NCBI GenBank assembly: GCA_043821445.1 | Contig: JBDRCT010000034.1 | Span: forward strand, 2,210-66,209 | DNA from: Candidatus Omnitrophota bacterium | GTDB taxonomy: Bacteria; Omnitrophota; Omnitrophia; Omnitrophales; Aquincolibacteriaceae | Length of the DNA: 64,000 nt | Direction: 5' to 3' | Shown here: positions 48,680 to 58,230 of the stretch, piece by piece | Layout of the letters: the number at the start of each line of letters is the position of its first letter | Numbering within the stretch: position 1 is the first letter of the stretch | Made by a program: the position numbers and the translations under genes | The notes under the pieces: model-generated | What the model was told of the DNA's origin: nothing | What the model saw: the letters and a program-made list of their open reading frames with translations, nothing else | Databases searched by the model: none

Positions 48680-50095
48680 TTAGAGGTTCGAGAGCTGGAG
48701 ACTGGAAACAGAAATTCTGCTCTGGCGAATACAATCCGTGATGCCAAATCCGTGGAATCCATTTCCCGTAAAAAAAAGACCGGGATATTGAAAACCTTTT
48801 TTTTCGATCCGCTTCACACGATCAAAATGTCCCGTCTCATATTGGGGCAACGCGCTAGGATAGCGTTCAATATCGATAAGCAGCGGCTTGGCATGAACGC
48901 CAAAAAAATCACTCATAAAAGTCTGCATCCTTTGTTTGACTAGTGCGTCATTCTCATGAAAGACCTTGGGAAGCATTGTTTCGGACAGAAATGCGCGCAT
49001 CAAAAGGTGTTTTCCATCCGAGCTCTTACCGAGCCATTTAAAACTTGAAAAAGGACACCGCTCACCCCCCATGGGCACCAGGAATCCGAAATCCGGACCT
49101 TGAGCCAGTACATCCCCGGCCTTGTAAATAAGATTCACCGCCGCGATCGAATCGTATCGTACAGTTGAAAGTGCCAGGGAAAGTTCGGGAGCGGTTGTAA
49201 AAAGCAATTTCGAAGCATCGCAAGCGTTCATGGCAAAACCCAAGATGTCTGCGCACAATAGGGTGCCATCCTCCATAAAAATTTCCCAACCCGCGTTGTA
49301 AGCACACTGCCGGACAGGCGAGGACCTTCGCAACTCACACCTCCCTAATTCCCGCACAAGCGCGTGAACTAGTCCTTCAAGGCCCTGCCTCAAAGTAAGA
49401 AATTCTGCCGGAACCTTTTCTTTTCTCCAGCTTGTCTTGTTCAGAAAAGATCCGGCAAGACTTCCATGAGTCTTCTCGACTTGCCGCAGCCTTGGGAATA
49501 GAGCTTCCAGACTCAACCGCTCGGGATTCATCATGCAAACGCCTTGCGCCAATGGTTTTACGACTTCTTGGTAGAAGCCTTGCCCAAGACGCCGGCGAAT
49601 AAAACTCGCGAGACTTTCATCTCCATCTTCCTTCCGACGCGGAATGAACGGCTCTCCAAGCATCCGGCATTTCCCAAAAAAACTCAACCGAGGGCTATTA
49701 AGAAAACGAAAGACATCGGAAAAGGATCCAGAAAGACCTGGAATAGGATAAAGCTGTTTATTTTTCAGGCCAAAAAAACGCCGGAAGCATGGGGATGCCT
49801 CGATCACATCTTCCTGAAGACCCAGCTTGCGACAAAGGTCCAGGGTGTCATTTTGACCGGCATAGAAAGCATCCGCTCCGGCTTCCATGTGAAGGCTTTC
49901 GTGTGTCAGCGTACGAAGCACCCCACCCAAACGGTTTGAGGCTTCGAGTACGGTGATCCTAAGGGGAAAATGCTCTTCTGCGGCTCTCCGGGAAAGGAAA
50001 AAAGCGGAGCTAAGGCCTGAAATACCACCCCCGATGATCACCGCGTGGCGTCCAAGTCTTGGATTTCTTTTTTGAACGTTGACTTGAACTGTCAT
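48680..50095 (-). CDS. hemY: HemY-type protoporphyrinogen/coproporphyrinogen oxidase
   Basis: IIGGGISGL, LEASNRLGG, EAGADAF, DESLASFIRRRLG, LPQYETGH, GFGITDCIRQ. Confidence 0.85.
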   Translation of the reverse strand: MTVQVNVQKRNPRLGRHAVIIGGGISGLSSAFFLSRRAAEEHFPLRITVLEASNRLGGVLRTLTHESLHMEAGADAFYAGQNDTLDLCRKLGLQEDVIEASPCFRRFFGLKNKQLYPIPGLSGSFSDVFRFLNSPRLSFFGKCRMLGEPFIPRRKEDGDESLASFIRRRLGQGFYQEVVKPLAQGVCMMNPERLSLEALFPRLRQVEKTHGSLAGSFLNKTSWRKEKVPAEFLTLRQGLEGLVHALVRELGRCELRRSSPVRQCAYNAGWEIFMEDGTLLCADILGFAMNACDASKLLFTTAPELSLALSTVRYDSIAAVNLIYKAGDVLAQGPDFGFLVPMGGERCPFSSFKWLGKSSDGKHLLMRAFLSETMLPKVFHENDALVKQRMQTFMSDFFGVHAKPLLIDIERYPSALPQYETGHFDRVKRIEKKGFQYPGLFFTGNGFHGFGITDCIRQSRISVSSLQLSNL

Positions 50096-50170
50096 GATTT
50101 CAAATTATTTTTTATTATTGAGAATCATGGCGTTCACTCATGGGATCCAGCAATAGGAATGGATAGGCTT

Positions 50171-51100
50171 TTAATTCTCTTGGACAAGGATGGTAAAGAT
50201 CTTGCGGGTCGGAGCCGTTTTGGTCTCCCACGGCCGCTTGTAGACAAAATCAGCCTTGGTCTCGCCGGGAATCATGGCCTTGAATCTGTAAACATCTTCA
50301 CCCGGCACGCCTGGCATCACTTCCTGCGATGTGACGTGGTCGGACCCCAAAAGCTTAACCGTCCTCTGCTCTTCCGGCAAAGTCATTTTCCAGAGAAATC
50401 CGGTCGAAGGATTGCTGCCCAAAACAATCGAAAATTCTTCCCCCGGCGGAACTTTGATAGGAACACCTGGATCTCGAAACACCAAGGGCTGGATCCCCGT
50501 TGACACTGCAGAATCGGACATTGCGGTCGGGGGCGTATCGTTTGTTTCGACCGGCATCGTCGAAGCCTGGTCAGGAGTCTGAGAAACAGCACTCTCATCG
50601 GGAAGTGACGCAGCTTCCTTCATTTCCTCGGGAACAACAACATCCATCGTGATTGGATCGCTCCAAAGAGGCTCCGCGATATCGCCATCCTCGCTCATGC
50701 GTTGGAACCCGAGCCGGAAGGTGACCGGTTCGGTCTTATCTTTGTTAGGGATATAGAGGATGATGTTCTTTTCATAAACATCACCGGGGTCAAGCGTGAT
50801 TTGTTCGAGAGTGTTTTCGTTGCAGGTCCAGGACTGAATAAGCACCTCGGCATTATCCGTGACCCAATGCTTTTCATAGGAGCAACTATTGCTCCAAAAT
50901 TCGACCGAGGTATCGGAGCTTGAATTTGTGACCTGCACATGGACAAGGAACATCATCCCGACTTTAACGGAATTCTGATCGGGAAGCACCTGGATCTTGA
51001 GGAGCGAGTCCTCAGCCCAAACGGTCGGGCCGAAAGGGCAGAGAGAGAAAAAAACGGGGAAAAGGAAAACGAAAGAAAATAAAAAAGGGTTCCTTCTCAT
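50171..51100 (-). CDS. Exported protein with C-terminal chagasin/I42 protease-inhibitor domain
   Basis: Signal peptide, Ig-like N-domain, S/T/P linker, then GEEFSIVLGSNPSTGFLW...GVPG...YKRPWE. Confidence 0.8.
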   Translation of the reverse strand: MRRNPFLFSFVFLFPVFFSLCPFGPTVWAEDSLLKIQVLPDQNSVKVGMMFLVHVQVTNSSSDTSVEFWSNSCSYEKHWVTDNAEVLIQSWTCNENTLEQITLDPGDVYEKNIILYIPNKDKTEPVTFRLGFQRMSEDGDIAEPLWSDPITMDVVVPEEMKEAASLPDESAVSQTPDQASTMPVETNDTPPTAMSDSAVSTGIQPLVFRDPGVPIKVPPGEEFSIVLGSNPSTGFLWKMTLPEEQRTVKLLGSDHVTSQEVMPGVPGEDVYRFKAMIPGETKADFVYKRPWETKTAPTRKIFTILVQEN

Positions 51101-51108
51101 CGCACAGA

Positions 51109-51333
51109 TCAGTTGACCTTCACAAAGGGATATTGGGTCTTGATATATTTTTGAAAAAAAATCCCGTGCGAGGGGGCGGCCATGAGCCCGTGATAAACGC
51201 TTTCGGGCACTTCTTGGAAGCGATAGACACCGCCCGCGCGAAATACGACCTCCAGGATCGATGTCACGTTATCATAACCGATCAGCGCGAGATCGCGCGA
51301 CTGTACAGGTTTTATATCCATTTCCTTCACCAT
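51109..51333 (-). CDS. KTSC domain protein
   Basis: PVQS..LALIGYD..LEVVF..GGVYRF..VP..VY..LM.APSHG.FF..YIK. Confidence 0.88.
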   Translation of the reverse strand: MVKEMDIKPVQSRDLALIGYDNVTSILEVVFRAGGVYRFQEVPESVYHGLMAAPSHGIFFQKYIKTQYPFVKVN

Positions 51334-51348
51334 AAAAGCACCTCTCCG

Positions 51349-51798
51349 TTAGACCCGGGAAGCCAGCTCCCGCAGGGCTTCCTCAAACTCTTGGTATTTT
51401 TCCAGGATCACATCCCGGGCCGGTCGAAAACTCCCATCCTGGAACTTAAAAAGAATGATGTTGTTTCCAAAAAGCGACCGGTAGCAATGCTTCCTCGCCC
51501 AATCCTCCGGCTTTTCGTTACGGTAATTCGTCATCAAATACACTAACCCGAAAGGATACGCAGCCTGAGCTGTATAATCGATCCCTTCAAACCGGACTAC
51601 AATGGGCGCTGTCCGAAAATAATTCAAAAGACAGATCATTTTGGAAAGATCGTTCCCGGGTTTTTTAAGAAATTCTTCAAACGCCTGGGACTGCGCCACG
51701 GGCTCAAGCCCGTCCGCACCCAGGACTATCGGAACTACTCCCAAAAAAACAATGCTCAAAGAGAAAGACAAAACAACTCCGCTCAAGAATTTCCGCAT
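51349..51798 (-). CDS. Exported protein, DUF5329-like
   Basis: Signal peptide; I..LL..F.....F.G..Y.A..A pattern; family assignment from memory. Confidence 0.55.
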   Translation of the reverse strand: MRKFLSGVVLSFSLSIVFLGVVPIVLGADGLEPVAQSQAFEEFLKKPGNDLSKMICLLNYFRTAPIVVRFEGIDYTAQAAYPFGLVYLMTNYRNEKPEDWARKHCYRSLFGNNIILFKFQDGSFRPARDVILEKYQEFEEALRELASRV

Positions 51799-51831
51799 AC
51801 TTTTATACCTTAATCTTCCAACCCACTTTAA

Positions 51832-52032
51832 TTAGGCCTCATCCATGTAAGGCGTATGCCCGACGCTTTTTCTATAATAATCGAAACACTCCCGGCAGAT
51901 CCCATCCCCGTGCACCCATTTCGGGTGCTCCTTCAGGATCACATCGATAATGTGATGGTCCGTATGTTTCAAGAAAACCATCAAATCGTGTTCTATCTCT
52001 TCCTTACAAACCGGACACACATAATTTTCCAT
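51832..52032 (-). CDS. Small Cys/His-rich putative zinc-binding protein
   Basis: CPVC...H...H...HPKW..GICREC..YY; AAGGGG RBS. Confidence 0.65.
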   Translation of the reverse strand: MENYVCPVCKEEIEHDLMVFLKHTDHHIIDVILKEHPKWVHGDGICRECFDYYRKSVGHTPYMDEA

Positions 52033-52090
52033 AGGGGCCCTTCTCTGGGGGATGCTTCAGACCTTGTAATCAGTCTATAGCTTAGACGAA

Positions 52091-52426
52091 CTAGGCCGTT
52101 TCGTCAAAGCCCCAATTGGCATGTAAGAAATATTTTTTAATTTCCGCCTTATGCCCCTTCAACTGAAATTGAAAATTCGCGATCCCGCCCTGCGGCAGGT
52201 GGTCCGGCTCGGTCGGAACACTGGTCCCCAAAAGAGGGACCTGATTCTTATCAAAGATCACCAGTTGAGCACGAATCCCTTTAATAGGATGACCAATGTT
52301 GTTGATGACAATGCCTTGGAGGGACGCGCCTTCAGCCTCGTTGAAGTGGGTGCTGGCGCCTTTGATGATCACTTCGCGCGGCAACTTCTGAAAATTCTCG
52401 ATCTCTGGAAAGGATTCGATCCCCAT
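52091..52426 (-). CDS. Small Ig-like (FxLYD-like) protein
   Basis: LQGIVIN....I......IFDKN...LG......L..G..ANF pattern; GAGGG RBS. Confidence 0.6.
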   Translation of the reverse strand: MGIESFPEIENFQKLPREVIIKGASTHFNEAEGASLQGIVINNIGHPIKGIRAQLVIFDKNQVPLLGTSVPTEPDHLPQGGIANFQFQLKGHKAEIKKYFLHANWGFDETA

Positions 52427-52484
52427 AGCCCCTCGGTACAGCGTTCTTTACCACCTATAAGAACGGCTAGAGAGGCCACAACCT

Positions 52485-53951
52485 TCACAGTATTTTTCGG
52501 GTCTCCGCCTCGATCTTGGAGTCCGTCTCCGGAATCAAACTCTCCAGGAACTGTTCGAATTCGTCCTCCAAAGCAAGGTAGGGTACGGGCTTGAGCCCCG
52601 TGATCCGCTCGATCGCGTCCAAAGTCCTCAAATCGAACGGATCGCACATCGCGACTCTCACCGAGCCTTCAGAAACCCCGATTGGAACCGCACGGTGGTG
52701 AAAAACGAATTCTGCGTTAAAAAGATGAAAGATCGCCGGATCCGGGGTCCACCCCTTCAGACTGAAATAAGGAACCTTGAGCTTCTTTTCAAGCATCCTT
52801 CCCACATCCTGGCTTGAGATAAGATTCATATTGATCAGAGTCTGGCCAAGGCGATGGCCTGTCTGGAGATGCTGCTTGAGGGCCTCGCTCAACTGATCTT
52901 CGGTGATCAGTCCGGTACTCACAAGGACCTGACCCAGCGGATCCACGTGTTTTTTGGGCTTGGAGGGCTTGATCTCCGGTTCCAGGATGTGGACTGCCTC
53001 ATCTAGTTTTCTGATCGGGGACGAACGTCGGTCTTGAAGATAATGGCTCCCCGGCTGACTTTTCAGGAACGTCTTGACCTCCGCGGCGTCCTCCGCGATC
53101 TCGCGAAGGTTTGCGTAATTCCGGTAAAGGTTGGTGCAACCGGCGACCGAGCAGGACATGAGCGGGAAATTCTCCATTTTGCCGCGCCGGTTCTCCACGC
53201 GAATGAATCCCGTATCCCGATCTTTTTTGCTGTAATAGGTTGGAATGATCCGGTCAAAATCATCGATAAATTGGCGCGAAAAGACCTCCTCAATTTCTGT
53301 GGGAAGCACCACGATAAAATCGTCTCCGCCGATATGCCCGATGAAACACTCCCCGTCGCTTGCCATGGCGTGACTGGTCGCCACGAGGATCCGGGCGGTC
53401 TGGAGAATGGCCTCGTCACCTTTTTGAAAACTATAGTGGTCATTGAATGCTTTAAAGTTATTGATATCGATATAAAGGACCGAGAATTTTTCTCCCGCCT
53501 GGATCTTCTTCAGAACGATTTTCTCGATAGCGTGGTTACCTGGAAGATGCGTGAGCGCGTTGGCCTCCACCCGTTCCATTGTCTTTGCAATATTAAGGTT
53601 CACACGCAATTGCAGCACGAGAGGACTGAAAGGTTTGGCCAAAAAATCGTCGAAACCTTTTTCATGGCTGAGCATGAGCTCTGTCAGTTTATGTTCCTCC
53701 GTGATCATGATCACCGGGACCGACATAAGATGAGAACGGGAACGGATGACCTGGATGAGCATTTTGCCGCCCACGGGCTCCATATCGCTTGAAAGCAGGA
53801 TCAGGTCCAGGACCTCGCGATCCAGAAATCTCAGGACCTGGCTGCTTTTCGAGGCCTCAAAAACCTTGTGGTGGCGGGAGTGAAGGCGCATCAGGATCAG
53901 CTCCCTTGTCGCATCGTCTTTTTCGGCGACTAGGATCCGCTTTCCTTTCAT
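52485..53951 (-). CDS. Pseudo-receiver / GGDEF / MshEN (T2SSE_N) fusion protein
   Basis: REC fold with LILLSS; LTHLPG, DINNFKAFND.Y...GD, HIGGDDF; C-terminal PLGQVLVSTGLITEDQLSEAL..H..TGHRLGQTL and VAMCDPFD. Confidence 0.85.
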   Translation of the reverse strand: MKGKRILVAEKDDATRELILMRLHSRHHKVFEASKSSQVLRFLDREVLDLILLSSDMEPVGGKMLIQVIRSRSHLMSVPVIMITEEHKLTELMLSHEKGFDDFLAKPFSPLVLQLRVNLNIAKTMERVEANALTHLPGNHAIEKIVLKKIQAGEKFSVLYIDINNFKAFNDHYSFQKGDEAILQTARILVATSHAMASDGECFIGHIGGDDFIVVLPTEIEEVFSRQFIDDFDRIIPTYYSKKDRDTGFIRVENRRGKMENFPLMSCSVAGCTNLYRNYANLREIAEDAAEVKTFLKSQPGSHYLQDRRSSPIRKLDEAVHILEPEIKPSKPKKHVDPLGQVLVSTGLITEDQLSEALKQHLQTGHRLGQTLINMNLISSQDVGRMLEKKLKVPYFSLKGWTPDPAIFHLFNAEFVFHHRAVPIGVSEGSVRVAMCDPFDLRTLDAIERITGLKPVPYLALEDEFEQFLESLIPETDSKIEAETRKIL

Positions 53952-54739
53952 AAAAAACTTTCTTTCTTGGAAGGAAATTTCTTATTCTGAACGTCACGGC
54001 AATAATCGCCGGCCGCTTTTTTCATGATCTTTTCAAGATCTGCGTAATGTCGCACAAAACGGGGACTCACTCCGGAACGGATGCCCAGCAGATCATGAAA
54101 CACCAGCACCTGTCCGTCGGTCGCGGGTCCCGCGCCGATCCCGATCGTCGGACACCGCACGGTTTTTGTGATCTCCTCAGCAAGTTTTGCCGGCACGCAT
54201 TCCAACACGATCGCAAATGCCCCCATCCGGTCCAGCAGTTTCGCGTCCGCACGGATCGTGGTTGCTTCGTCCGGATCTTTTCCGTAAACACGGTATTTTC
54301 CGTCTCCGACACTCTGCGGAAGCATACCGATATGTCCCATCACCGAAATGCCTTCGGTCACAAGTTTCTGGATCTGAGCTTCGATCTTCACACCCCCCTC
54401 GAGTTTCACGGCATCGGCTCCAGCTTCCCGGAGCAAACGTTGCGCATTGACAAGCGCCTTCGCGGGATCGTTATAGGAATGGATCGGCATGTCCGCAACC
54501 ACAAGCGCGTGCTTTACGGCCTTGGCAACCGCCGCTGTGTGATAAAGCATGTGTTCGATCGTCATGCCAAGCGTATTTTCGTGACCCAAAAGCACCATGC
54601 CGACAGAATCGCCGACCATAACAATATCCACACCCGCCTCATCCGCGATCCTTGCGCTCGGATAGTCGTAGAGACTGAGCGAAACGATCCTCTCTCCGGC
54701 CTGCTTTTTTGAATAGATGGTCTGGGATGTGTGTTTCAT
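53948..54739 (-). CDS. panB: 3-methyl-2-oxobutanoate hydroxymethyltransferase
   Basis: MVGDSVGMV, VADMP, AVKLEGG, MGHIGMLPQ, TIGIGAG..DGQVLVFHDLLG. Confidence 0.96.
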   Translation of the reverse strand: MKHTSQTIYSKKQAGERIVSLSLYDYPSARIADEAGVDIVMVGDSVGMVLLGHENTLGMTIEHMLYHTAAVAKAVKHALVVADMPIHSYNDPAKALVNAQRLLREAGADAVKLEGGVKIEAQIQKLVTEGISVMGHIGMLPQSVGDGKYRVYGKDPDEATTIRADAKLLDRMGAFAIVLECVPAKLAEEITKTVRCPTIGIGAGPATDGQVLVFHDLLGIRSGVSPRFVRHYADLEKIMKKAAGDYCRDVQNKKFPSKKESFL

Positions 54740-54746
54740 TTTTCTA

Positions 54747-54812
54747 GCTCAACGCGCAAAGCGCAACGCACAACGTAAGACTTTCCGTTGCGTGTTGTGC
54801 GTTGACCGTTGC
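54747..54812. repeat. Heptamer-periodic inverted repeat (GCGCAAC-type), second copy
   Basis: GCTCAAC GCGCAAA GCGCAAC GCACAAC ... GTGTTGT GCGTTGA CCGTTGC. Confidence 0.85.
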
Positions 54813-54816
54813 TCGA

Positions 54817-55674
54817 TCATTTAGTCTGCCACTCATACGCCGTGATGAGATTTTCCATGAGCATGGTCACGGTGAGCGGTCCCACGCCGCCCGGGACCGG
54901 CGTGATAAAACTGGCCTTTTTGACCGCCTCGCCGAACTCGACGTCACCTTGAAGTTTTCCGTCGACTTCCGTGGTCCCAACATCGATCACAACCGCACCT
55001 TTCTTGATCCAGGAGCCTTTCACAAGACAGGGCTTCCCCGAACAGGCCACGACGATCTCGCTCGTACTCACGATCTTTTTCATATCCTCTTCGCCTGTCC
55101 CTGTATTACAAACAAGCGTTGTCACCCGGGCCTCGCCCAGCAAGAGCTGAAGCGGACGTCCCACGATCGCACTTTGGCCGATGATCGCCGCCTTTTTGCC
55201 GCGCAGCATGATGCCGCTTGCTTTAATAAGCGTGTAGGCCGCAAACGCCGTAGGCGGGATCAGCTTACCACGCCGCAGAACGATCAGTCCAAGACTGGTA
55301 GGATGAACGCCCTCGACATCTTTCTTGGGATCAATAGCGAGCAGGACTTGATCGGAGTCAATCCCTTGAGGAAGCGGCATTGAGATGAAAAGTCCGTGGA
55401 CCGTTTTATCAGCATTCATTTCCTGGATCTTCTGGAGCAAAGCCTTTTCGCCTTTCACTTGATCCGGCATGATGCGTTTAAAATGAATGCCAAGTCTGCC
55501 GGCCAGTTTTTCCTGGCTGTTGATGTACCAAACCGCTGACGGATCCTCACTGGTCTGGATCGCAACCAAAGAGGGGCTGGGAAGTCCCGCGCCCGTAAAA
55601 GATTCCACTTTTTTGACAATCTTTTCCTGAAGTTCCGATGCGATCGCTTTCCCTTCCAATCTTTTGGCTTCCAC
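54817..55674 (-). CDS. folD: Methylenetetrahydrofolate dehydrogenase/cyclohydrolase
   Basis: PKKDVEGVHP, GQSAIVGRP, VIDVG, ITPVPGGVGPLTV.MLMEN; GTG start at 55674 after GGGAGT. Confidence 0.93.
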   Translation of the reverse strand: MEAKRLEGKAIASELQEKIVKKVESFTGAGLPSPSLVAIQTSEDPSAVWYINSQEKLAGRLGIHFKRIMPDQVKGEKALLQKIQEMNADKTVHGLFISMPLPQGIDSDQVLLAIDPKKDVEGVHPTSLGLIVLRRGKLIPPTAFAAYTLIKASGIMLRGKKAAIIGQSAIVGRPLQLLLGEARVTTLVCNTGTGEEDMKKIVSTSEIVVACSGKPCLVKGSWIKKGAVVIDVGTTEVDGKLQGDVEFGEAVKKASFITPVPGGVGPLTVTMLMENLITAYEWQTK

Positions 55675-55675
55675 T

Positions 55676-56284
55676 TTATTCACTCCCTTTTGTGAAGCGG
55701 CCACGGAGTTCTGCCAAAGCCTTTTCGGCACGCTCTTTCCGCTCTTTGTTTTTCATATAGACCACATTGATCTGCGCGGTATGAAAAGCCCCTTCGAACG
55801 CGGCGGTCAAAAGACCATCGCTTACGATCAGATCATTAGCGACTGCGCCTTTGACAAGGGTTTTCATGTGTGCGTTCCACTCTTTCGCCATTACAAGGAT
55901 AAGCGCAAGATCCGCTTGCAGGCGAAACGCATTCTGGAGCGCGTCTTCCAGCTTCTCGGGCCCCGCGCCCTCTTTGTAGCAAGCCATTACCTCATCGTAG
56001 ACCTTAGGATCAAGCGATACCACCTGAAGCGCGTCCGCCCGGGTCTTCTCCAGGGCACTGACGATCTCCCGCATACGCTGGCGGTTGGCCTCGTCCTGGA
56101 ACTTTTGTTCCGGCGCAAGATCAGCCTTGGGTTTGCGCCTGAGCGCGATCCGCGCCACCATTTGTGTCAGGGCCATCCCCAGGGCCCCGGCATAGGCCGA
56201 AACACTGCCTCCCCCCGGCACCGGTGCATCGCTTGCGAGTTTTTCCAAATAAGTTTCGAGACTGAGATCCGTATATTTTTCCAT
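55676..56284 (-). CDS. Cyclodeaminase/cyclohydrolase family protein (FchA-like)
   Basis: YLEKLASDAPVPGGGSVSAY.GALG.AL..MVA; adjacent to folD. Confidence 0.88.
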   Translation of the reverse strand: MEKYTDLSLETYLEKLASDAPVPGGGSVSAYAGALGMALTQMVARIALRRKPKADLAPEQKFQDEANRQRMREIVSALEKTRADALQVVSLDPKVYDEVMACYKEGAGPEKLEDALQNAFRLQADLALILVMAKEWNAHMKTLVKGAVANDLIVSDGLLTAAFEGAFHTAQINVVYMKNKERKERAEKALAELRGRFTKGSE

Positions 56285-56347
56285 AACACCCTTTAAAAAT
56301 AAAAGAACCCCCAACGCTTTTCTACGATCGAGGATTCGATTGTTGGA

Positions 56348-56758
56348 TTATCGTTTCAGAGTAACAAGTGCTTTTTGGTTGTTATTGGTCGCGATCACGA
56401 GAGTGCACGGCCCGTAAGATACCGGCGCGCTTGCATAGACGTTGAGAATATCGATCTTTTGCGCCGCGAGTTTTCGGGTGATCCGCATCAAAACTCCCGG
56501 CCTATCCACAACCTCCAGCAACAACACCGTATTCTCTTGGGCTTTTAACCCCTTCTTGGCAAGAAGGTCTCTCGTGTGCAATGTATCGTCCGTTACAAAA
56601 TTCATCAGCGCCACACCCCCGGCCGCCTGTGCTGAAATAGCCACGATGTCGATCCCGCGATCCGCCAACAACGCCGCGACCTTTGAAAGCACGCCGACCT
56701 TGTTCTCCGAAACCACCACGAACTCTTTTCCCAACTTCACGCTTTGGATCATGGCCAT
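56348..56758 (-). CDS. Tandem ACT domain protein
   Basis: ENKVGVL..V...LADRGIDI and DRPGVL..I...LA...IDI repeats. Confidence 0.85.
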   Translation of the reverse strand: MAMIQSVKLGKEFVVVSENKVGVLSKVAALLADRGIDIVAISAQAAGGVALMNFVTDDTLHTRDLLAKKGLKAQENTVLLLEVVDRPGVLMRITRKLAAQKIDILNVYASAPVSYGPCTLVIATNNNQKALVTLKR

Positions 56759-56893
56759 ACCCCCTTTGCTGTTTGAAGGATGTGCCCTTACAATACCTCA
56801 AGCTCACAGTTCCGACTTCCATTATACACCAAACGGATATTAAAATCAGAGCGGGAAAAAGACGCTGTGACGGAGTCCAAAAGCCCGGTATCT

Positions 56894-57433
56894 TTAAAAT
56901 TCAATCCCTTGTTGGGCGGGAGTACCACGATCGAAGGGGTGCTTTACGCATCTCATCTCGGTCACAAGGTCCGCTAGATGAATGATCGCCTGAGGCGCGC
57001 CTCTGCCGGTCAGGATCACGTGTTGACCGGACCGTTTGCGCCTGAGCGCTTTGACCACATCGAAGGCCTTGAGGAATTTGTACCGGAGGGCAATATGGAT
57101 CTCATCGAAAATGACGAGGTCATATTTCGGATCTTTCAGAAGTTCGCAACATTTCTTCCATGCCTTCTGAACGGCCTTGGTATTCTCTTCACGCGCCACG
57201 CGCCACGTAAATCCACCGCCAAAACTCCAGACGCGGAACCGGCCCGCGAATTTTTTCAAAGCACGGAACGCGCCTTCTTTATCCAAAGCCTTGCTTTGGA
57301 CGGGATATTTGAAGAATTGGACCACTCCCACTCGTCCGCCATGTCCCAAGATCCGTAGCGCCATGCCAAGCGCGGCAGTCGTCTTTCCTTTGCCGTTGCC
57401 TGTATAAACCTGGACCAAACCCTGGGTCTTCAC
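56894..57433 (-). CDS. cobO: Cob(I)alamin adenosyltransferase (CobO/BtuR)
   Basis: VYTGNGKGKTTAALG, VQFFK, DLVIFDEI, VILTGR, ADLVTEM..VKHPF..G..AQ.GIEF. Confidence 0.94.
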   Translation of the reverse strand: MKTQGLVQVYTGNGKGKTTAALGMALRILGHGGRVGVVQFFKYPVQSKALDKEGAFRALKKFAGRFRVWSFGGGFTWRVAREENTKAVQKAWKKCCELLKDPKYDLVIFDEIHIALRYKFLKAFDVVKALRRKRSGQHVILTGRGAPQAIIHLADLVTEMRCVKHPFDRGTPAQQGIEF

Positions 57434-58230
57434 CTTCCCTCCCTTTGATCGAGATCATCCGCTAAAGGCAGAATGAACGGTTTCATGGAGACCGGATTTT
57501 TTCCGGCCGAAACGCGCGCTCCGAATACCGATTCGATCGTCGCGCGTTCCAGTACCTCTTCAGGAGTGCCTATCATATGAATACGCCCGCGATCCATCAA
57601 GAGCATCTTGCGAGCGTACTCCGCAGCAAGGTTGAGGTCGTGTAGAACAGCCACCACGGTCAGGTGCCTTGCGCGATTAAGCCGGGCCAGAAGCCCGAGT
57701 ACCGTCACTTGATGCGCGATGTCTAAATGCGCGGTGGGCTCATCCAGAAAAAGCCATTCGGGTTCTTGGGCAAGGGCACGCGCGATCGCGGCCAGCTGCC
57801 GCTCCCCACCGCTTGTTTCTGTCATCAACCGGTTCCGTAAATGATCTATGCCGGCTTTTCGCATCACTTGATCGGCGATCTCAAGATCCGCCGCTGTTTC
57901 CAGGAACTGGAAGTCCCCGTAATGCGGGATACGCCCCAAAAGCACGAATTCTTCTATCGTCATTGGAATGGCCGGGACATTTTGTGACACGACCGCACAG
58001 CGTTTGGCGAAATGCTTCGGCAAAATACTCCAGAGGTTCTTTCCCTCGAAAAGAACCTCCCCGTGCGAAGGCGGAAGCGATCGGGTCAACGCCCGAACGA
58101 GCGTGGTCTTTCCGGAACCATTGGGACCGAGAATGGCAAAAAAATCGCCGCGATCGATCCCGAGATCGATCCCCTCCAGGACCATCTTTTTCCCGTACCC
58201 ACAGCTGAGTCCGTTCGCCGTGAGCGTCAT
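57430..58230 (-). CDS. Iron-chelate/cobalamin ABC transporter ATPase (BtuD-like)
   Basis: GPNGSGKTT, SGGERQ, LDEPTAHLD, VLHDLN; start set at ATG 58230. Confidence 0.92.
   Translation of the reverse strand: MTLTANGLSCGYGKKMVLEGIDLGIDRGDFFAILGPNGSGKTTLVRALTRSLPPSHGEVLFEGKNLWSILPKHFAKRCAVVSQNVPAIPMTIEEFVLLGRIPHYGDFQFLETAADLEIADQVMRKAGIDHLRNRLMTETSGGERQLAAIARALAQEPEWLFLDEPTAHLDIAHQVTVLGLLARLNRARHLTVVAVLHDLNLAAEYARKMLLMDRGRIHMIGTPEEVLERATIESVFGARVSAGKNPVSMKPFILPLADDLDQREGR

Noticed and set aside
48680-50095. hemY as part of the radical SAM-psd operon
   Set aside because: A candidate -10 box lies between them and the motifs fit an ordinary HemY; no evidence for a lipid role.
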